Shown piece by piece: positions 57,775 through 61,513 of a stretch of DNA of 61,513 nucleotides. The notes beneath the pieces were generated by a model, which did not search any database, was not told the DNA's origin, and worked only from the letters and a program-made list of their open reading frames with translations. The stretch spans positions 1 through 61,513 of the forward strand of contig CAJQHK010000005.1 of the NCBI GenBank assembly GCA_905478165.1. The letters run 5' to 3'. The first letter of the stretch is position 1. Each line of letters starts with the position of its first letter. The position numbers and the translations under genes were made by a program. This DNA comes from an uncultured Rickettsiales bacterium (GTDB lineage Bacteria > Pseudomonadota > Alphaproteobacteria > Rickettsiales > UBA1997).

Positions 57775-60087
57775 TTATTTATCCTCCTCTATTAACTCCC
57801 TTTTTCCAGAATGGCTTGCTGAAGTTATAACCCCCTCCTTTTCCATTCTTTCAATAAGATTTGCTGCTTTATTGTAGCCAATTCTCAATTGCCTTTGAAC
57901 ATAGCTAATTGAAGGTTTTTTATCTCTCTTAACAATTGCAACCGCCTGTTCATAAATATCCACACCTTCATCAACCTCAATAGAAAAGCCGGAAGAAGAG
58001 ATTTTATCTGATTTTTTTAGATCCTCACTCTCAACAGAGTCAAACTCATTAAGAATTTTTTTAGAATCATATTCATTATCAATCTCAACTTTTTGTGATT
58101 TAATATATCTTACTACATCCTCAACCTCACTATCAGAGCAAAATGGACCATGAACACGAAGCATTTTACTTCCGCTAGAAAGGTATATCATGTCACCACG
58201 CCCCAAAAGCTGCTCACCACCTTGCGCACTAAGAATGGTTCTGCTATCAATTTTGGATGTAACTTGAAAACTGATTCGAGTTGGAAAATTAGCCTTGATT
58301 ATACCCGTGATAACATCGACCGAAGGTCGCTGTGTTGCCATTATGATATGAATTCCTGCCGCCCTTGCCATTTGTGCTAATCTTTGAATTGAAGCTTCAA
58401 TTTCCTTGCCAGCAACTAGCATTAAATCTGCCATCTCATCAACAATAACTACAATATAAGGTAACTTATTATTTTTAATTACTACCTCATCCATTATGGC
58501 CTCACCGGTTTCGGTATCAAAACCAGTTTGAATTGTTCTAGTTAGAGTCTGGTTGTGCTTTTTAGCATAAATAATTTTTTCATTGTAATTAGTGATATTC
58601 CTAACATTAAGGCTGGACATTAATTTGTATCTTTCCTCCATCTCTCTTACAGCCCACTTTAAAGCTACAATAGCCTTATGAGGATTAGTTACAACTGGTG
58701 CTAATAAATGAGGAATACCATCATAGATCGAAAGTTCCAACATTTTTGGATCAATCATAATAAATTTACATTCCTCCGGGGAGAATCGAAACAAAAGCGA
58801 CAGAATCATAGCATTAACACCAACAGATTTACCAGAACCAGTGGTACCAGCTACTAATAAATGCGGCATTTTAGCTAAATCAACAATAATTGGCAAGCCA
58901 CCAATATCCTTACCTAAAATTAAAGGCAAAGATGCCTGACTGTAACGATATTCATTAGATTCAACCATTTCTCTAAAAAATATAGTCTCTCTATCTTTAT
59001 TAGGAAGTTCAAAGCCAATAGTAGTTTTACCAGGAATAATTGAAATTCTAGTAGAGATGGCACTCATTGATCTAGCAATATCCTCAGCCAAACCAATAAT
59101 TCTAGATGATTTTGTCCCAGGAGCGGGCTCAAATTCATGCAAGGTGATAACAGGACCTAATTTTGCCGAAACAGTCTCGCCATAAACGCCAAAATCACCC
59201 AGAGTTTTAACCAACAACTTACCCTGCTCTTCTAATTGTTTTTTAGCAACTTTCTTAACATCCACCTCTTTTAACACATTTAATAGGTCAGTTTTTGGCA
59301 ATATATAAGAAGACTCATCCCTCATTATATTTTGCACTGATAACTTAGTTTTGTTAGTTCTTTTTAAATTATTTACTTCTTTTTTGTTATGAATTGTAAC
59401 AGGAATATCTTTTTGACCTAACTTGTAAACCAAATTGTTATCACTAACTTCTGTGACATCATTTGAGGAGTCCTTTATATTAAGTTTAGGCATGGTATTT
59501 TTTAGTGCCAAACCTAGTAAATAATTTAAAATATATTTAAATGTGAGTGTTGAGAATCTAGCAAAATACAGCACATCCCTTATTTTAACTTCAATAATTA
59601 CCAATGTAATACTAATAGCTATTATTAAGCCTAAAAATGCAGTAATGATTTTAGGTAAAAATATTTTATTAATAACAAATAACCCGTTAACTCCGCCTAA
59701 ACTAGAAAAAATCCACCAATCTGGCTCAGGAAAGATGGCGAAAAAACTAGATAATGATAGTATGAATAATGGTAATAATATTAATTTTACAATGATATTT
59801 TTCTTTACTCCTCTGCTAGAAATTTTTATGCCAATTTTTAATAATATAAAACATAGAAAAAATCCAGAAAATCCCATAATTTGAAATATCAGATCTGAAA
59901 TATGAGAGCCGAAAATTCCTACCAAATTATTTACCTCACCAAAAGTTGAAGAACTATTAAAAGATGGATCTTCAGGATGAAAACTTAGTAAAGATAAAAA
60001 TGTAAAAATTGAAAATATTATTAAAATAATTCCAATAAAAAATATTACAATTTTTCTTAATAAAATATGTAATTTATTTTGCCACAT
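57775..60087 (-). CDS. ftsK: DNA translocase FtsK
   Basis: 770 aa with N-terminal TM helices, a linker, a motor domain carrying Walker A GTTGSGKSV, and a C-terminal winged-helix gamma domain (SISYVQRQLRIGYNKAANLIERME). Confidence 0.93.
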   Translation of the reverse strand: MWQNKLHILLRKIVIFFIGIILIIFSIFTFLSLLSFHPEDPSFNSSSTFGEVNNLVGIFGSHISDLIFQIMGFSGFFLCFILLKIGIKISSRGVKKNIIVKLILLPLFILSLSSFFAIFPEPDWWIFSSLGGVNGLFVINKIFLPKIITAFLGLIIAISITLVIIEVKIRDVLYFARFSTLTFKYILNYLLGLALKNTMPKLNIKDSSNDVTEVSDNNLVYKLGQKDIPVTIHNKKEVNNLKRTNKTKLSVQNIMRDESSYILPKTDLLNVLKEVDVKKVAKKQLEEQGKLLVKTLGDFGVYGETVSAKLGPVITLHEFEPAPGTKSSRIIGLAEDIARSMSAISTRISIIPGKTTIGFELPNKDRETIFFREMVESNEYRYSQASLPLILGKDIGGLPIIVDLAKMPHLLVAGTTGSGKSVGVNAMILSLLFRFSPEECKFIMIDPKMLELSIYDGIPHLLAPVVTNPHKAIVALKWAVREMEERYKLMSSLNVRNITNYNEKIIYAKKHNQTLTRTIQTGFDTETGEAIMDEVVIKNNKLPYIVVIVDEMADLMLVAGKEIEASIQRLAQMARAAGIHIIMATQRPSVDVITGIIKANFPTRISFQVTSKIDSRTILSAQGGEQLLGRGDMIYLSSGSKMLRVHGPFCSDSEVEDVVRYIKSQKVEIDNEYDSKKILNEFDSVESEDLKKSDKISSSGFSIEVDEGVDIYEQAVAIVKRDKKPSISYVQRQLRIGYNKAANLIERMEKEGVITSASHSGKRELIEEDK

Positions 60088-60441
60088 ACGGATTGAAATG
60101 GTATTGTATTAACTTTAAAGGTAACCAAAAAATAAAACTTGATTCGTGCCTCGTATTATTTGTATCGTTAATATACAGGTAAAAGATTGATTATTAAGCT
60201 GTATCTTGTAAATTATAATTGGTATTTTGTATTAACCAACCGAAATGTAAATTATTTTGGGCCTGTTGAATTTTAACTAAATTTCCCAAATTTTCTTCAA
60301 AAAATTTTGCTCCACCAATATTGGGATTTTTTTCATATTCATAGTTTGTTAAGATTAAACAATGATCCATGTTTAAAAGAAAAATAGTCTGAGATGCTTT
60401 AAAAGCAATAGTGATCGTCAACAGTTTTGAGGACACTAAAT

Positions 60442-60798
60442 TTAAACAGATTTTAAAGATTTCTTTAAAAACCTGTTTCTTTTTTCGAATTCAGCTGGTG
60501 CCAAATAATTATTAGCATAGTGAATTCGAATTCGATTGTAAAAAACCTCAATATATTCAAAGATTATATTTTTAGCTTCTTGTATATTTTCAAATTGATG
60601 ATGATTGGTTAATTCTGTTTTTAAGGTGTGGGAAAAAGATTCAGCCACAGCATTATCCCAACAATTACCTTTCCTACTCATACTCTGAATAATTCCGTGA
60701 TCTTTTAGAATAGTTCTGTGAGATTCTGAAGCATATTGACTACCTCTGTCAGAATGCCATATTAATCCTTTTTTAGGCTTTCTTTGGGAGCGTCGCAA
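60442..60798 (-). pseudogene. IS3-family transposase OrfB, C-terminal fragment
   Basis: It reads LIWHSDRGSQYAS...SMSRKGNCWDNAVAESF...YNRIR.H, the canonical end of the IS3 rve core. The N-terminal half is missing and there is no ATG. Confidence 0.8.
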
Positions 60799-60937
60799 AC
60801 CCCACTTCCCCCTAAATTTCCCTCAAAAAAATCTAAATCCACAACATCACGATGAATTTCGTTAGAAATTCCCTGTATTTTTATGAATATTCTTAGTTTT
60901 CTTGAGTTTTCTTGTAATTTAGGCACAACTATCCCTT

Positions 60938-61400
60938 TTAAGCTGTGTTTGGGGGCGGGTAAAGATCGTTTAAAACTATTGATCTTTTAAAATTATGAGC
61001 AATGCTTTCCATAAAAGCAGTAAACTGATTCTTTTGAATTCCTTGATATCTGACTCTGTGATTAGTTTTGCTGAATATTCTCTCATAAGGAGATCTGAGC
61101 TTGCAGTACCATTTATCAAGACCCTTGTCTTTCATGTTGTTTTTTTCATAGCGGCTAGATGAAGGTTTCTTTTGGCTGCTGCGGCTTTGGCATTTTTATC
61201 GCAATAGCCTTTATCTGCGTAAACAGCTCCACTTGTCGGAGTTACGTGCTTCATGCCTTTTGAATCAATAATGCTGGCCTTAGTGATGGCCACTTTATTG
61301 ATCATCCCTGATTGCATATCTACACTGGCATGCTTCTTGAATCCATACCAGAATTTATTACCTCCTTTACAGCCGAAGTTAGCTTGTTGATGTGGCTACA
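60938..61400 (-). pseudogene. IS5-family (DDE_Tnp_1) transposase, frameshifted fragment
   Basis: The pieces ...FWYGFKKHASVDMQSGMI..., ...AVYADKGYCDKNAK... and ...LRSPYERIFSKTNH.VRYQGIQKNQFTAFMESIAHNFKR lie in different frames. The break is at the T-run near 61138. Confidence 0.65.
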
Positions 61401-61439
61401 CTTCTCCGGACAGATTTTTAACAATTATTAATAAAAATT

Positions 61440-61513
61440 ATGTCCAATCAAAAACGCAATAATTACTCTTCAGAATTCAGATCTTCATCTATAAAATTAG
61501 CATTAGAATCGGA
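61440..61513 (+). pseudogene. Start of an IS3-family OrfA-like ORF (runs off the window)
   Basis: MSNQKRNNYSSEFRSSSIKLALESD resembles the IS3/IS911 OrfA N-terminus (k..ys.EFK..av.la.es). Only 24 codons are visible, so intactness is unknown. Confidence 0.4.

Noticed and set aside
60194-60436. 80-aa ORF between ftsK and the IS3 relic.
   Set aside because: I recognise no family. It sits in an IS graveyard and is most likely a fragment of a degraded gene.

Overview
This is a 61.5-kb chromosomal window from a very AT-rich Gram-negative bacterium (roughly 30% G+C by eye, not computed). The gene content and order look alphaproteobacterial: split E1 pdhA/pdhB, sucCD, the rpsB-tsf-pyrH-frr-uppS-cdsA block, erpA, a long HPF and an autotransporter. 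Tight gene packing, many overlapping start/stop codons, degraded IS copies and dense palindromic intergenic repeats resemble host-restricted Rickettsiales/Holosporales-like lineages. That taxonomic call is inference only.

I can support about 50 intact housekeeping CDS:
- Cell envelope: murD, plsC, fabZ, lpxA, uppS, cdsA, uppP, pssA.
- Translation: rpsU, rpsB, tsf, frr, pheT, valS, gatA, hpf, rluC.
- DNA metabolism: ligA, recA, nth, ftsK.
- Central metabolism: sucCD, pdhAB, tkt.
- Scattered biosynthetic singletons: hisE, hisA, hisC, purE, thiG, panD, aroQ, hemD.

There are also three tRNAs (Lys-UUU, Arg-CCG, Leu-CAA), a 1042-aa autotransporter and a TolC-RND efflux pair. I see no rRNA, CRISPR array, prophage or recognisable defence or toxin-antitoxin module.

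Three things are not explained by ordinary gene annotation:
1. A network of MITE-like palindromic repeats fills much of the intergenic DNA and touches several coding ends. Their termini are related (TA-CCAA...TTGG-TA).
2. An orphan gene at 54.2-55.5 kb is built from a 639-bp-period tandem duplication. It has 456 identical bp, old diverged tails and a frameshift, and it sits behind a near-consensus promoter.
3. Four IS graveyards hold fragments of six transposase types (rve/IS481-like, IS256, IS630, IS30, IS3, IS5), none intact.

I found no convincing novel multi-gene system. The repeat network and the duplicated orphan gene are the best leads.
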